From: Oligoflexales bacterium
GTDB lineage: Bacteria; Bdellovibrionota_B; Oligoflexia; Oligoflexales; CAIYRB01
Assembly (NCBI GenBank): GCA_041736175.1
Contig: JBGSUI010000200.1
Span: forward strand, 1-44,104
Length of the DNA stretch: 44,104 nt
Reading direction: 5' to 3'
Of the stretch, positions 26,904 through 36,824 are shown in pieces (the first letter of the stretch is position 1; each line of letters starts with the position of its first letter). A model generated the notes under the pieces. That model made no database searches. It saw only the letters and a list, made by a program, of their open reading frames with translations, and was not told the DNA's origin. The translations under genes and the position numbers were made by a program.

Positions 26904-28169
26904 TTAGATCCGAATCGTGAGTCCGTCGCTGAGCGAGTTGCGATAGGCCCGTGACGCAGGAACAATCCCCAGGACGATCCCAAAACAAAAGATAAGCCCA
27001 AGGTAGCCCCATTCGAGCGAGGAGAGGGGTTTGACTGGAATAAACAGGCCGAAATTTTGTTCGATGATCGGTTGGATAACTAAAATGAGAAGGTACATAG
27101 ACAAGACTCCGAGTGCAGAGCCGATTCCCGTAAGCAAGGTAGATTCGGCAATCATCAGAGTAAAGATCAACCTCGGCCCTGCTCCCACCGAGCGTAGGAC
27201 GGCCATCTCGCGGCGCCTTTCGTTGAGGGAGTTATAGATCGATATCAACATCCCCATAAGACCGACCACGACGACAAATCCTGAGACGACCCTAAGGCCG
27301 TCTTCTGCGTAGGAGATTCCCTCCCAAAGTTCGGATAGGGCGACGCCAGGAATGATAGCCATAAGGGGCTCGTCGTTGTAGTCGTTGACCATCCGCTGCA
27401 GGCGTAAAGCATCGATACGGGATTTAGCGCCCAGGAGAAAAGCGGTGATGGCTTTGATCTCTAATTTTTGGCCCATGATCTTGTCGGCACTCACCCCTTG
27501 GCCGTCCATGGGTGGAGCCCCATCGGTCCAGTCAAGATGGATGGCCTCCATTCCTTCGAGAGTGGTATAAATAGAACGGTCGATGGGCGTTGCCGTCTTG
27601 CCTAGGATCCCGACAACCTTAAAAGGTTTATCGTCATGGTTTTGAAAGGCCACCTCAGCGACACCGTGGGCCAGGGCGATTTTATCTCCTAGCTTGTAAC
27701 CAAGACGGGCCGCCACATCGCTGCCTAGAACAGCATCAAACACGCCTTTAGCAACAACGCCCTGGACCAACTCCGGCTTCTTGTCATGCCTATAACGATA
27801 GTGTTCGTAAAAGTCTTCGGAAGTCCCGACCACCCGGAACCCCCGGTGGCTGTCTCCGAGGGAGTAGGGAATGGTCCAGGCCACGTCAGGATGGTTGTGG
27901 ATTTTTTGGTAGGACTCATAGGATACATTCGCCGTGGCGTTGCCCATCCTAAACACAGCATAGAGTAGGAGTTGGATGGATCCACCTTTAGCCCCTACGA
28001 TCAGGTCGGTCTTGCTGATGGTGTTGGCAAAACTTTCCCTGGCTCCCTGCCTCACTCGTTCTACGCCCACAAAGAGGGCCACGCTCAGAGCTACCGATGC
28101 AAGAGTCAAAAGAGTCGTGAGCCTTCGGTTAAGCAGAGAATAAAGTGCTAGTCTTAGGGCAAACATCAC
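26904..28169 (-). CDS. MacB/FtsX-type ABC permease (ZrgC-like)
   Basis: DLIVGAKGGSIQLLLYAVF..G, PYSLGDSHRGFRVVGT, SLNERRREMAVLRSVGA. Confidence 0.9.
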   Translation of the reverse strand: MMFALRLALYSLLNRRLTTLLTLASVALSVALFVGVERVRQGARESFANTISKTDLIVGAKGGSIQLLLYAVFRMGNATANVSYESYQKIHNHPDVAWTIPYSLGDSHRGFRVVGTSEDFYEHYRYRHDKKPELVQGVVAKGVFDAVLGSDVAARLGYKLGDKIALAHGVAEVAFQNHDDKPFKVVGILGKTATPIDRSIYTTLEGMEAIHLDWTDGAPPMDGQGVSADKIMGQKLEIKAITAFLLGAKSRIDALRLQRMVNDYNDEPLMAIIPGVALSELWEGISYAEDGLRVVSGFVVVVGLMGMLISIYNSLNERRREMAVLRSVGAGPRLIFTLMIAESTLLTGIGSALGVLSMYLLILVIQPIIEQNFGLFIPVKPLSSLEWGYLGLIFCFGIVLGIVPASRAYRNSLSDGLTIRI

Positions 28170-28178
28170 TAGGAGTCC

Positions 28179-28910
28179 TTAGGATAAAGAGCTTGCTGGA
28201 AGCGCTGCGATATTAATCTCACGGAGCGAGACAGTCCGGGAGAAGAGAGACATAAGAGACTTGTCGTGGCTTACAAAGAGGATGCTCGCTCCGGCGCGGT
28301 CGGCGACCAAAAACAAAGTCTTGAGAAACGCCTCACGGTGATCCGAATCTAAAGCCGATGTGGGCTCATCGGCGATCATGATCTCGGGAGATCCAATCAT
28401 AGCCCGGGCCGCGGCGACCCGCTGCTGTTGGCCCACGCTGAGTTCGGTCACTGGTTTGCCCAGGAGATGTTCTATACCTAAGTCTTTGGCAAGAGTTTGT
28501 ATCAAACTGTACCGGTCGCGACCGACCCGCTGATTTCTCGCAGGGCTGATCCCCAAGGGTAATTCGATATTTTGTCGCACATTAAGATATGGAATCAGAT
28601 TAAACATCTGGAAGATGTAACCAAAATGAGTGCCCCGGAAACGGTCCCGTTGGAAGCCACCCATAGCTGTAAAGTTTTGGCCCAGCACCTCAATGCGCCC
28701 TGCGTTTGGCGTTAAGATGCCGGCGATGAGACCAAGAAGAGTGGTCTTGCCGCTGCCGCTGGGGCCGTGGAGAAAAACCCGTTCGCCTCTCTTCACATTA
28801 AAGTAAGGGATCTTTAAAACCGGTTCAGCTTTCTTTTGATAAGCAAAACTGAGGTCAGTCGCCACAAGGGCATCTGGGGTGTTCGCAGGTGACGGGGTGG
28901 TGGAAGTCAT
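28179..28910 (-). CDS. ABC transporter ATP-binding protein (ZrgB-like)
   Basis: GPSGSGKTT, IFQMFNLIPYL, LSVGQQQRVA, ADEPTSALD, SHD. Confidence 0.93.
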   Translation of the reverse strand: MTSTTPSPANTPDALVATDLSFAYQKKAEPVLKIPYFNVKRGERVFLHGPSGSGKTTLLGLIAGILTPNAGRIEVLGQNFTAMGGFQRDRFRGTHFGYIFQMFNLIPYLNVRQNIELPLGISPARNQRVGRDRYSLIQTLAKDLGIEHLLGKPVTELSVGQQQRVAAARAMIGSPEIMIADEPTSALDSDHREAFLKTLFLVADRAGASILFVSHDKSLMSLFSRTVSLREINIAALPASSLS

Positions 28911-29464
28911 AAGGTAAGCTCTTGCTCGGGCTTTTTGATGGTTTCTGCCCTTTGGGTTTTGTCGCTGATGATTTGCACCTGAATCGACTTTAATCGGGGA
29001 AACTTTTGGATCAAGGAGACGATAAATTTAGCCCCTCCCATGGGTTTGTCACAGGTAAACTCTACTTGGGCATTGACATCAGAATGGATATGTTTGGACG
29101 CGGATTCTTTTTTGTCGGTGTCACCTTCTTTTTTCACCTCAGCTTTTGTGGTTTTGCAGCCACTATCCTTAGAAAAGCGGAAGAGTTCTCCGGCGTGGCT
29201 GGTAAACTGGGCATGGGTATCGAGCACGGCTTTTTTGTCGGCAGGGGTTTTAGGTTCGTGCTCGAAACCATAAATCCCTTCGGCTGGTGTATCCAGGTCA
29301 AAGGAAACCTTTTGACCATCGACTGCAATAGCCAATTTAGCGGCCCCATGAACATGGGCATGTTGCTTGTTTTTTTGGCTGAATCCAACCCCTGAGCCTA
29401 TGCAAAAAAGGAGAGGGATCAGAGCGAAAGGGAGTCTTTTAAAAAACACCAACTGAGATATCAT
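28907..29464 (-). CDS. DUF2796 / ZrgA-like periplasmic zinc-uptake protein
   Basis: Signal peptide; HAHVHG.A.L.IA, GFEH.P, HSDV..Q..FTC, KFP motifs; GGAG RBS before ATG 29464. Confidence 0.85.
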   Translation of the reverse strand: MISQLVFFKRLPFALIPLLFCIGSGVGFSQKNKQHAHVHGAAKLAIAVDGQKVSFDLDTPAEGIYGFEHEPKTPADKKAVLDTHAQFTSHAGELFRFSKDSGCKTTKAEVKKEGDTDKKESASKHIHSDVNAQVEFTCDKPMGGAKFIVSLIQKFPRLKSIQVQIISDKTQRAETIKKPEQELTL

Positions 29465-29972
29465 CGAGGACTCCAAGTGTAGAGTTCATAGGCTTTTACG
29501 CGGGATAATCCTAGCATGTTTGGCCTGAGGGTTACCATCTTAAATATGTAACTTCTCAACAACCACGGCAAGTAGCATGCTCAGCCCAGGCCCCCGGAAA
29601 GTCTCTAGCACTGGATCGATACAGTGCTGTTGGTACAATTTGAGGCTGCTATAAACCATACCAGGGACCGTTTAGAATTACGACGTCGTATGATTGGAGA
29701 TCAATTTCTTGATCTATCAAATGCGGGGACATTGCTTAAATACGATGAGGAGTCGTAGCGGCTTCTCGGAGCCAGGGAGGCATTCAGAAGCTCAAAGTGT
29801 TGACGTAAACCGATGAGACCTCCAACTCAAATCAGTACCAATCCCCAAAGTAGTCTTACTCCCTATAAGATTTCATGGTGGGCAAAGGCTGGAGTCACAG
29901 GGTTATTTTCCATAAAAATAAGCTTGTTACAAAATAGCCCTAAACTTTTTCTTCCCATTTACCGTTACGGTA

Positions 29973-30002
29973 TTGACTAGACCACAAATGTGGTCTTTAA
30001 GT
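29973..30002 (+). promoter_or_regulatory. Promoter with palindromic operator (TA-type autoregulation candidate)
   Basis: TTGACT (-35) directly followed by the palindrome AGACCACA-AA-TGTGGTCT (29979-29996). Confidence 0.55.
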
Positions 30003-30083
30003 GTGGGTGGAGGCGTGGATGATGCGGCTTATTGAACGAATCAAGAATGCGATTACAGCAGGTTGAGCATGGGGGGAAGAGAA

Positions 30084-30626
30084 ATGACTTGTGGACACAC
30101 AAAAACCGAAGCTACCCAAGCATCGAAAGATATTGCGGGTCTGATTTTCAACTACGAAACCAAGCGATGCGTTGAATGCGGAAGCGTTCTTTGGAGCCAA
30201 AACACAGAGGCTGAATTTCAGTCTTGGCTCGGAGTGCAAAGACAAAAGAACCCAGACAAATTTGTAATTCAAAAAGTGGGGCTACCAAATTCTCTTGTAG
30301 CTTTCGCAACGGATTTAGCCTTGAAAAATCACAGCACGGAATCTGCGGTCTACCAGGCATGTTTGTCACTATACTTCGTATTGGGAGCGGCCAGAATACC
30401 TTTAGCGCAAAGAATTGATGCGATTGAACCAGGTTTCGAGGGTACTAGAGTTCAGAAAAAGTTTCGAGTTAGCCCGAAGCTCTTTGTAAAAATCAACTCC
30501 AATGCGAGACTTTTCGATCTTGATATGAATGAAGTAGCGTCTTTGGTTATCGAAAGAGTCCTATGGGCAGTAAGCCGCGATGTTGAGCATACCCGAGCCG
30601 AACTTGAGTATGTCCTGGCTGCATAA
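30084..30626 (+). CDS. YgiT/MqsA-type zinc-ribbon protein, putative antitoxin/regulator
   Basis: MTCGH...KRCVECGSVLW N-terminal zinc finger; C-terminal segments resemble ribbon-helix-helix repeats. Confidence 0.5.
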   Translation: MTCGHTKTEATQASKDIAGLIFNYETKRCVECGSVLWSQNTEAEFQSWLGVQRQKNPDKFVIQKVGLPNSLVAFATDLALKNHSTESAVYQACLSLYFVLGAARIPLAQRIDAIEPGFEGTRVQKKFRVSPKLFVKINSNARLFDLDMNEVASLVIERVLWAVSRDVEHTRAELEYVLAA

Positions 30627-30812
30627 TAGGCGGTTATAAGGGTACCAGCAAAAATGGTGCGCAAATCTGCCCTTAACTTGGACATTGCATAGGGCGTGCC
30701 AATTCCGGTGCAAAGAAATGGGACAGTATCAAACCGAGGTGCCGGGTTCATCCGACCGGAATTTAATCTAAAACTTGAAAACGCTAATTGATGATCGAAA
30801 AACCCCCCAGAA

Positions 30813-31766
30813 CTACATACAGTTTAGCTGTTTAACGTGGGCCATGGCTGAGTCAGCAAGGGCCTCAAGGTGGTAGCCCCCTTCGAGACAGCTCACAAGG
30901 GACCCACCACTGTAGCTGTTAGCAATCTCTTGGACCATCCTTGTCATCGATGTGTAGTCCTCGGTTTCTAGACCAAGGTTTCCAACGGGGTCAAGGTGGT
31001 GGGCGTCAAAACCAGCGCTTAATAGGATAAGTTCAGGACGTGACTTAGCTGCTGCTTTTTCTAGGCCAGCCTGAAAAAGTTGTAAATATTTGGCGCGAGT
31101 CGTACCAAACTCCACGGGAATGTTAAGGGTAGCTCCCAAACCCCGACCTGTGCCTGTTTCTGATGAATCTCCCGATCCGGGATAGAAGGGATAACGGTGG
31201 ATACTTAAAAATGTGACGGAGTCATCATCATAAAAAATATCTTGGGTCCCGTTGCCATGGTGGACGTCCCAGTCGACGATCAGAACTCTACCGATCCCAT
31301 GGGTCTTTTGGGCATACCGAGCGGCGAGGGCGATGTTGTTAAAGAGGCAAAACCCCATGGACTTGTTTTGGGTTGCATGGTGACCTGGAGGGCGCAAAAA
31401 ACATAGGGCGTTGCTGTCTTGTTTTGTTAAGACGATATCCACCGCTTTGGCAGCAGTGTGGGCCGCTAAAAGAGCCACTTGAAAGGATTGGGCACTGGTT
31501 TTGGTGTCGGCATCCAGGGAGCCTCCTCCTTGGAGACAGAGGTTTTTGGCCAGGGCTATCTGCTCGGGGGTGTGAACAAGACGCAGGAGGTTCTCATTGA
31601 GGGGAGACCCCTCTAGGTCCCCTAAGGACTGAAGGGTCACCGGGGTTTCTTGGTTTGCCACGACCCTTTTAAGGGCCTGGTCGATGGCTGTCAAACGGGC
31701 GGGTTTTTCCGGGTGATCTCCTGTGTCATGATTTCTAAAGGTTTCACTTGTCAAGATTGTCGTCAT
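30813..31766 (-). CDS. Histone deacetylase family (class II/AcuC-like) amidohydrolase
   Basis: HPE.PARL, RPPGHHA..MGFCLFNN, DWDVHHGNGTQ, FYPGSG, SAGFDAH..DP, LEGGY; GGAGG RBS before ATG 31766. Confidence 0.95.
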   Translation of the reverse strand: MTTILTSETFRNHDTGDHPEKPARLTAIDQALKRVVANQETPVTLQSLGDLEGSPLNENLLRLVHTPEQIALAKNLCLQGGGSLDADTKTSAQSFQVALLAAHTAAKAVDIVLTKQDSNALCFLRPPGHHATQNKSMGFCLFNNIALAARYAQKTHGIGRVLIVDWDVHHGNGTQDIFYDDDSVTFLSIHRYPFYPGSGDSSETGTGRGLGATLNIPVEFGTTRAKYLQLFQAGLEKAAAKSRPELILLSAGFDAHHLDPVGNLGLETEDYTSMTRMVQEIANSYSGGSLVSCLEGGYHLEALADSAMAHVKQLNCM

Positions 31767-31910
31767 CGGGGGCCTCCATTGGTGTGCCCTTGTACTAGAG
31801 GATTGGGACCAAGCCAACTAAAAGCAGGTGTTTGACATAAGGGTTGGAGCCTTGATAATATAACTCATCTGGAAAATCACAGCTCTCTTTCCTACGGAAT
31901 CAGTCATTAT

Positions 31911-32588
31911 ATGGACGAAGCAGTACGCTTAGATCAAGTGGCTAAGATTTACCCCTTAGGTCAAACAGAAGTAGTGGCCCTCCGTAATGTTTCCTTAACG
32001 ATTCGTTCGGGCGAGTTTACGACCATCGCCGGGCCCTCAGGGTGTGGCAAGTCAACTTTGCTTAATCTCATCGGTTGTATGGACCAGCCCACCAGCGGTG
32101 AGGTCTATATTGAGACTAAACCCATTTCGACCCTTAAAGACCGGGAGCTAACAAGACTACGCCTAGAAAAATTGGGGTTTATCTTTCAGAGTTTTAACTT
32201 GATCCCCGTACTTTCGGTAGAACAAAATATCGAGTTTCCGCTGTTGATCCAAGGCCGGCATTCGGCCCAGGAACGGAAAAAGCGGGTACAAAAACTGATC
32301 GAAGAGGTGGATCTAGTGGCCCAAAGCCACCAGCGCTCCCACGAGCTCTCCGGTGGTCAAAGACAAAGGGTGGCGATTGCCAGAGCCCTTGTCACTTCGC
32401 CCCGTTTGGTCTTGGCTGACGAACCGACGGCAAACCTCGATTCGGCGACCGGGACCCGTATCATCTCCCTTATGAAAGATATCAATAAACATCACGGGAC
32501 AACTTTTATTTTTTCGACCCACGGCCCCCAAGTGATGGAGCATGCGAGCCGGATTATCAGACTTAAAGACGGATACGTGGTATCATGA
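31911..32588 (+). CDS. LolD/MacB-type ABC ATP-binding protein
   Basis: GPSGCGKST, GFIFQSFNLIP, LSGGQRQRVAIARAL, ADEPTANLD. Confidence 0.95.
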   Translation: MDEAVRLDQVAKIYPLGQTEVVALRNVSLTIRSGEFTTIAGPSGCGKSTLLNLIGCMDQPTSGEVYIETKPISTLKDRELTRLRLEKLGFIFQSFNLIPVLSVEQNIEFPLLIQGRHSAQERKKRVQKLIEEVDLVAQSHQRSHELSGGQRQRVAIARALVTSPRLVLADEPTANLDSATGTRIISLMKDINKHHGTTFIFSTHGPQVMEHASRIIRLKDGYVVS

Positions 32589-34669
32589 CGATCTTTAGCC
32601 TGCTTATTAAAGTGTCCCTTCGCAATCTAAGTCTCTATCGTCTTCGTACGGGCATGATCGGGGGATTGATTGGCTTTGGTGCCTGGTTAGCCATCATCGG
32701 CATGTCGCTCTTGCGGGATATTGAAACGTCGATGCGCACCAGCATCACCGAGAGCATCGCTGGGGATCTCCAGGTTTACTCAGGCAAGGCTAAAGATGAA
32801 CTAGCCCTTTTTGGCGGCGGGTTTATGGGGCGTGCCGATATCGGGGCCCTTGACGATTTTTCGGTGGTCCAAAAAGTGGCCCTGAACCACCCCAACGTCG
32901 CGGCTTTTATCCCCCTGGGCCTTGAAATGGCGATGATTGGTCGTGGCAACGAAATGGATGACCTTGTGACGAGTCTCAGAGCGTCCCTGGCAAGTGGCGA
33001 TCAAGGGTTGATTGCTGAAAGATTGGAGCAGATTAGATTTCAGATAGAACAACTAAAAAATGAACAGAATATCAAAAAACAAGTTGTGGTTGATCAAGCT
33101 GAGGTGGATAAAAATCTCGAAGAAATCCAGAAATCATTAAGTCCAGGTTTTTTGCAACATTTAGACGAAGAACGGCTGCAGTTCCTGGAGATTAAAATCG
33201 CGCCCTTATCTGGTGAAAAAGCACCGATCTATCTAGCCTATTTTGCGACCGATATGGAACTCTACAAGCAGAATTTTTCCAAATTTAAAGTCCTCGAAGG
33301 TGAAGAACTGCCCCCTGGACAGCGGGGCTTGATGCTCGGTCGGAAAGTCCGCGAAGAACAGCTCAAGAACAAAGTGGCCAGGCTTTTTGACCAGCTCCAT
33401 AAGCGGGTGATCATGGGTGGAGCCAAGATCGCTAAGGATGATGAAGCGCGGCGGGATTCCCAGGATCTGGTGCGGCAGTTCGACCAAATTATGAGCTACC
33501 TCGATCGCCCTGAAGCCGAGGCCCTGTCCCAGCAGCTCGCTACTTTTGGGATCTCCGGCCAGACGGGGGATCTTGATCTTATTCATAAACTGACGTCTCA
33601 GGTAAAGTCCTTTCTCGAAGTCACCGACGAAAATCTGCCCGTCAGGTACCAGTGGTTTTATAGTAATATCGCGCCCAAAATCAAACTCTATGAGCTGTCG
33701 CCGGGGGACACAGTGGTCCTGCGCAGTTATACCAAGAGCGGCTATATCAAGTCGATTCCTGTTAAAGTCTATGGCGTTTTTGGATTTGATGGACTTGAAA
33801 ATGCCGCCCTAGCAGGCGGTTTAAGCCTCTTAGACCTGGTGACCTTTCGGGAGCTCTACGGGCAGATGACCGACGCCTCTCGGGAAGAACTCAAAGCCAT
33901 GCGCGAAAAGGTCAAAGTACGGGAAATTTCCCGCTCACAGGCAGAGGATGCTTTATTTGGGGGCTCCTCTCCTGTCGAGACTGCCAAACAAGATGCAGTC
34001 AACTCGGAGACAAGTCCCGAGGAACCCTTGCGCGCTGCTCCCGTCTTGGCCGCTTCTTTCGGAAGTGAAGAAGTTAAAAAAGGACTGGCATTGAGCTCTG
34101 CTCTCATACTCAAGGACTTTTCAAAGCTGCAAGAGACTGCTGCTGAGCTTAAGGAGCAGTTTAAACAGGCCCAGTTGGATCTAAGAGTGGTGGATTGGCA
34201 AAAGGCCGCTGGTACGGTGGGCCAATTTGTCAATATCGTGCGCGGTGTCCTGTTGTTTGCCATCTTTATCATTTTTTTAGTCGCCCTTGTGATCATCAAC
34301 AACTCGATCGTGGTCAGCACGTTTCACCGGATTAAAGAGATCGGGACCATGCGTGCCATCGGCGCCCAACGGAGCTTTGTTTTAGGGATGATTCTGATTG
34401 AGTCGGGAGTGTCGGGGCTAATAGGCGCGTCGTTGGGGAGTTTGGTTTCCTGGTTGATGCTTGTGGCCTGTCAGCGGTGGGGGATTGCTGCGGGAAATGA
34501 TTTTTTAACGTTTCTTTTTTCGGGACCCCGTCTCTATCCTAAGATCTATTGGGATATCCTCCTGGTAGCTCCCGTCGCGATTGGTTTGATTGCAACCATT
34601 GCCTCCCTCTATGCGGCACGATTTGCAGCCAATATCGCCCCGATCGAAGCGATGCAGGAGAGAGAATAA
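32585..34669 (+). CDS. FtsX-like (MacB/LolC-E type) permease with large periplasmic insertion
   Basis: N-terminal TM, about 500 aa periplasmic region, RIKEIGTMRAIGA and three C-terminal TMs. Confidence 0.88.
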   Translation: MTIFSLLIKVSLRNLSLYRLRTGMIGGLIGFGAWLAIIGMSLLRDIETSMRTSITESIAGDLQVYSGKAKDELALFGGGFMGRADIGALDDFSVVQKVALNHPNVAAFIPLGLEMAMIGRGNEMDDLVTSLRASLASGDQGLIAERLEQIRFQIEQLKNEQNIKKQVVVDQAEVDKNLEEIQKSLSPGFLQHLDEERLQFLEIKIAPLSGEKAPIYLAYFATDMELYKQNFSKFKVLEGEELPPGQRGLMLGRKVREEQLKNKVARLFDQLHKRVIMGGAKIAKDDEARRDSQDLVRQFDQIMSYLDRPEAEALSQQLATFGISGQTGDLDLIHKLTSQVKSFLEVTDENLPVRYQWFYSNIAPKIKLYELSPGDTVVLRSYTKSGYIKSIPVKVYGVFGFDGLENAALAGGLSLLDLVTFRELYGQMTDASREELKAMREKVKVREISRSQAEDALFGGSSPVETAKQDAVNSETSPEEPLRAAPVLAASFGSEEVKKGLALSSALILKDFSKLQETAAELKEQFKQAQLDLRVVDWQKAAGTVGQFVNIVRGVLLFAIFIIFLVALVIINNSIVVSTFHRIKEIGTMRAIGAQRSFVLGMILIESGVSGLIGASLGSLVSWLMLVACQRWGIAAGNDFLTFLFSGPRLYPKIYWDILLVAPVAIGLIATIASLYAARFAANIAPIEAMQERE

Positions 34670-36012
34670 TGCTCACCTTAAAGATGGCGTTTCGCAATAT
34701 ACTCTTGGCCCGTCGGCGCACCTTGCTTTTAGGTTTAGCCATTGCCCTGGTGGCAGCTCTTTTTCTCCTCCTCAGGATAGCTTCTACGACCCTATCGGAG
34801 AGGATGATCGAGTCGGCCACGACCCTTTCTACGGGTCATGTCAATGTGGCAGGCTTTTTAAAACAGAGGCGTAAAGGATCGGACCCCATCGTCTTAGGCC
34901 GTGCCAAGCTGATCGACGACGTGAAAGAACTCTTACCAGATGCCGTAAGGATTATCGATCGCCACCGAGGGTGGGGGCGGATCATAGGGCCCTTGTCATC
35001 CATGAATACCGGCATCAACGGAATCATCTATGACCAGGAGCAGCCCTTTTTTGGCAATCTTAAGATGGCTCTCGAAAATCAGTATTTTGAAGGGGGACAA
35101 GAGGTCTCCAAGGGCGATTTCAAAAAACTCATAGAACCCAATACCGTCTTGCTTTTTGTGGCTCAGGCTAAAAAGCTAGGGGTCCAAGTGGGTGACACAA
35201 TCACCATCGTGACCGAGGCCAGTGGGGGTCAAAGCAATACCGCTGACCTCACTGTGGTCGCCGTCGCCGAAGACCTAGGTCTTATGAGTAACTTTAATAT
35301 CTATACCTCCCGTGAGACGGTGCTGTCCCTCTACCGGGTGGCCGCAGACACCACGGGTGCAGTTATGATTTATCTTAAGGATCCCGCGGATTCTTTTGCG
35401 ACGATGGAGCTGCTTCGCAGCAAACTCAAAGATGTTAAATCCTACCAGATGATGGAATATGATCCCAAACCTTTTTGGCTTAAGTTTGATAAGGTCTCGG
35501 GAGAGGACTGGTTAGGACAGAAACTCGACCTGACCATCTGGTCCGATGAAATTGCTTTTGTGGTTTGGATCACCCGCGCTTTGGATTTAGTGGCCCTGGT
35601 TGTCATCTTTGTTTTGGCGATTATTATAGCAGGGGGAATGGCCAATGCCATGTGGATGAGTGTTCGCGAGCGGACTAAAGAGATCGGCACGATGCGGGCT
35701 ATTGGCACGCCCAAGAGTATGATTGTGAGTCTATTTCTCCAGGAGTCGGTTTTGCTCGGAGTGCTGTCGAGCACCTTTGGGGTTATCTTAGCCATTCTCT
35801 TAGTCTTGGGACTCAACGCCCTGCAGCTGCCGATTCATGACAATACCGCTCGCTTTTTTCTTATGACCCATAAACTTGTGTTTAAAATTCATATCCCCTC
35901 CTGTCTGTCGACTATTGTGCTTTTTGGCGTGATCGCCGGCCTTGGAGCGCTTTATCCCACTCTTAAAGCAGCGAGACTTAAGCCCGTAGACGCATTGATG
36001 CAGGGAAAGTAA
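34669..36012 (+). CDS. Second FtsX-like ABC permease
   Basis: MAFRNI..RRRTLLLG, SVRERTKEIGTMRAIG, YP..KAARLKPVDAL; TAATG overlap with the upstream gene. Confidence 0.9.
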   Translation: MLTLKMAFRNILLARRRTLLLGLAIALVAALFLLLRIASTTLSERMIESATTLSTGHVNVAGFLKQRRKGSDPIVLGRAKLIDDVKELLPDAVRIIDRHRGWGRIIGPLSSMNTGINGIIYDQEQPFFGNLKMALENQYFEGGQEVSKGDFKKLIEPNTVLLFVAQAKKLGVQVGDTITIVTEASGGQSNTADLTVVAVAEDLGLMSNFNIYTSRETVLSLYRVAADTTGAVMIYLKDPADSFATMELLRSKLKDVKSYQMMEYDPKPFWLKFDKVSGEDWLGQKLDLTIWSDEIAFVVWITRALDLVALVVIFVLAIIIAGGMANAMWMSVRERTKEIGTMRAIGTPKSMIVSLFLQESVLLGVLSSTFGVILAILLVLGLNALQLPIHDNTARFFLMTHKLVFKIHIPSCLSTIVLFGVIAGLGALYPTLKAARLKPVDALMQGK

Positions 36013-36018
36013 AAAAGG

Positions 36019-36810
36019 ATGGATTCCATGAACGCTCTCTACTTTATCTTTACTTTTTTCATCGCTACTATTTTCTTGCCTTCCCAGGGATGGTCCTTGA
36101 CTCAGGAAGAAACTAAGTCCTTGGTCAAACTTGTCGATGAGAGACAGAGAAACACGGGAGACTATACATCCACTGCTTTTATCGACCAAAAAGAAAAGGA
36201 TGGCACCTCAAAGGCTTTCGAATCAAAGGTCTTTAGAAGGGACGAAGACAATAAATGGATGATCCTTTTTCTTAAGCCCAAGGCGGAGGCCGGAAAAGGG
36301 TACTTACGAATCGAAAAAAATCTCTTTCTCTACGAACCTTCCCTCGGCAAGTGGCAGCGGCAGACGGAGCGTGCCAGCTTGGCGGGTACCGGGAGCCGCC
36401 GGGACGACTTTGACCAGTCCCGTCTCGCAGAGGAATACGATGCAAAATTTGTAGCGGATGAAAACCTTGGAAAGTTTAAGGTTCATCGGTTAAAGCTCAC
36501 GGCAAAGCCTAAGGTGGAGGTGGCTAGTCCCCTTATTGAACTGTGGATAGACCAAGAATCCAAAAACATATTAAAGCGGCAAGAGTCGGCCCTTTCAGGA
36601 AAACTGTTGCGGACGAGTTTCTACCCTAATTGGGAAAAAATGTTTAGCAAATCCAAAAATGCTGACGTTTATGTGCCGCGAGAGATCAGGGTTTTTGATG
36701 AGATTGAGGCGGGGAGTTCCACGACGATTCTTTTAAGAGATGTCAAATTAGATCCATTAGATAAAAATATGTTTACTAAAGCTTGGTTAGAATCCCAAAG
36801 CCGTGGTTGA
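36019..36810 (+). CDS. LolA-like outer membrane lipoprotein-sorting family protein
   Basis: Signal peptide; ILFLKPK.EAGKGYL...NLFLY.P, S.AGT....DF, LWID, FTKAWLE motifs. Confidence 0.8.
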   Translation: MDSMNALYFIFTFFIATIFLPSQGWSLTQEETKSLVKLVDERQRNTGDYTSTAFIDQKEKDGTSKAFESKVFRRDEDNKWMILFLKPKAEAGKGYLRIEKNLFLYEPSLGKWQRQTERASLAGTGSRRDDFDQSRLAEEYDAKFVADENLGKFKVHRLKLTAKPKVEVASPLIELWIDQESKNILKRQESALSGKLLRTSFYPNWEKMFSKSKNADVYVPREIRVFDEIEAGSSTTILLRDVKLDPLDKNMFTKAWLESQSRG

Positions 36811-36824
36811 AGGAGGCGAATTTA

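Noticed and set aside
29580..29900. Possible gene remnant between zrgA and the TA-like promoter
   Set aside because: Short open stretches only; no family motif recognised.
30686..30701. Minus-strand sigma-54 site TGGCACGCCCTATGCA
   Set aside because: Imperfect -12 element, and it points antisense into the zinc-ribbon gene with no supported ORF.
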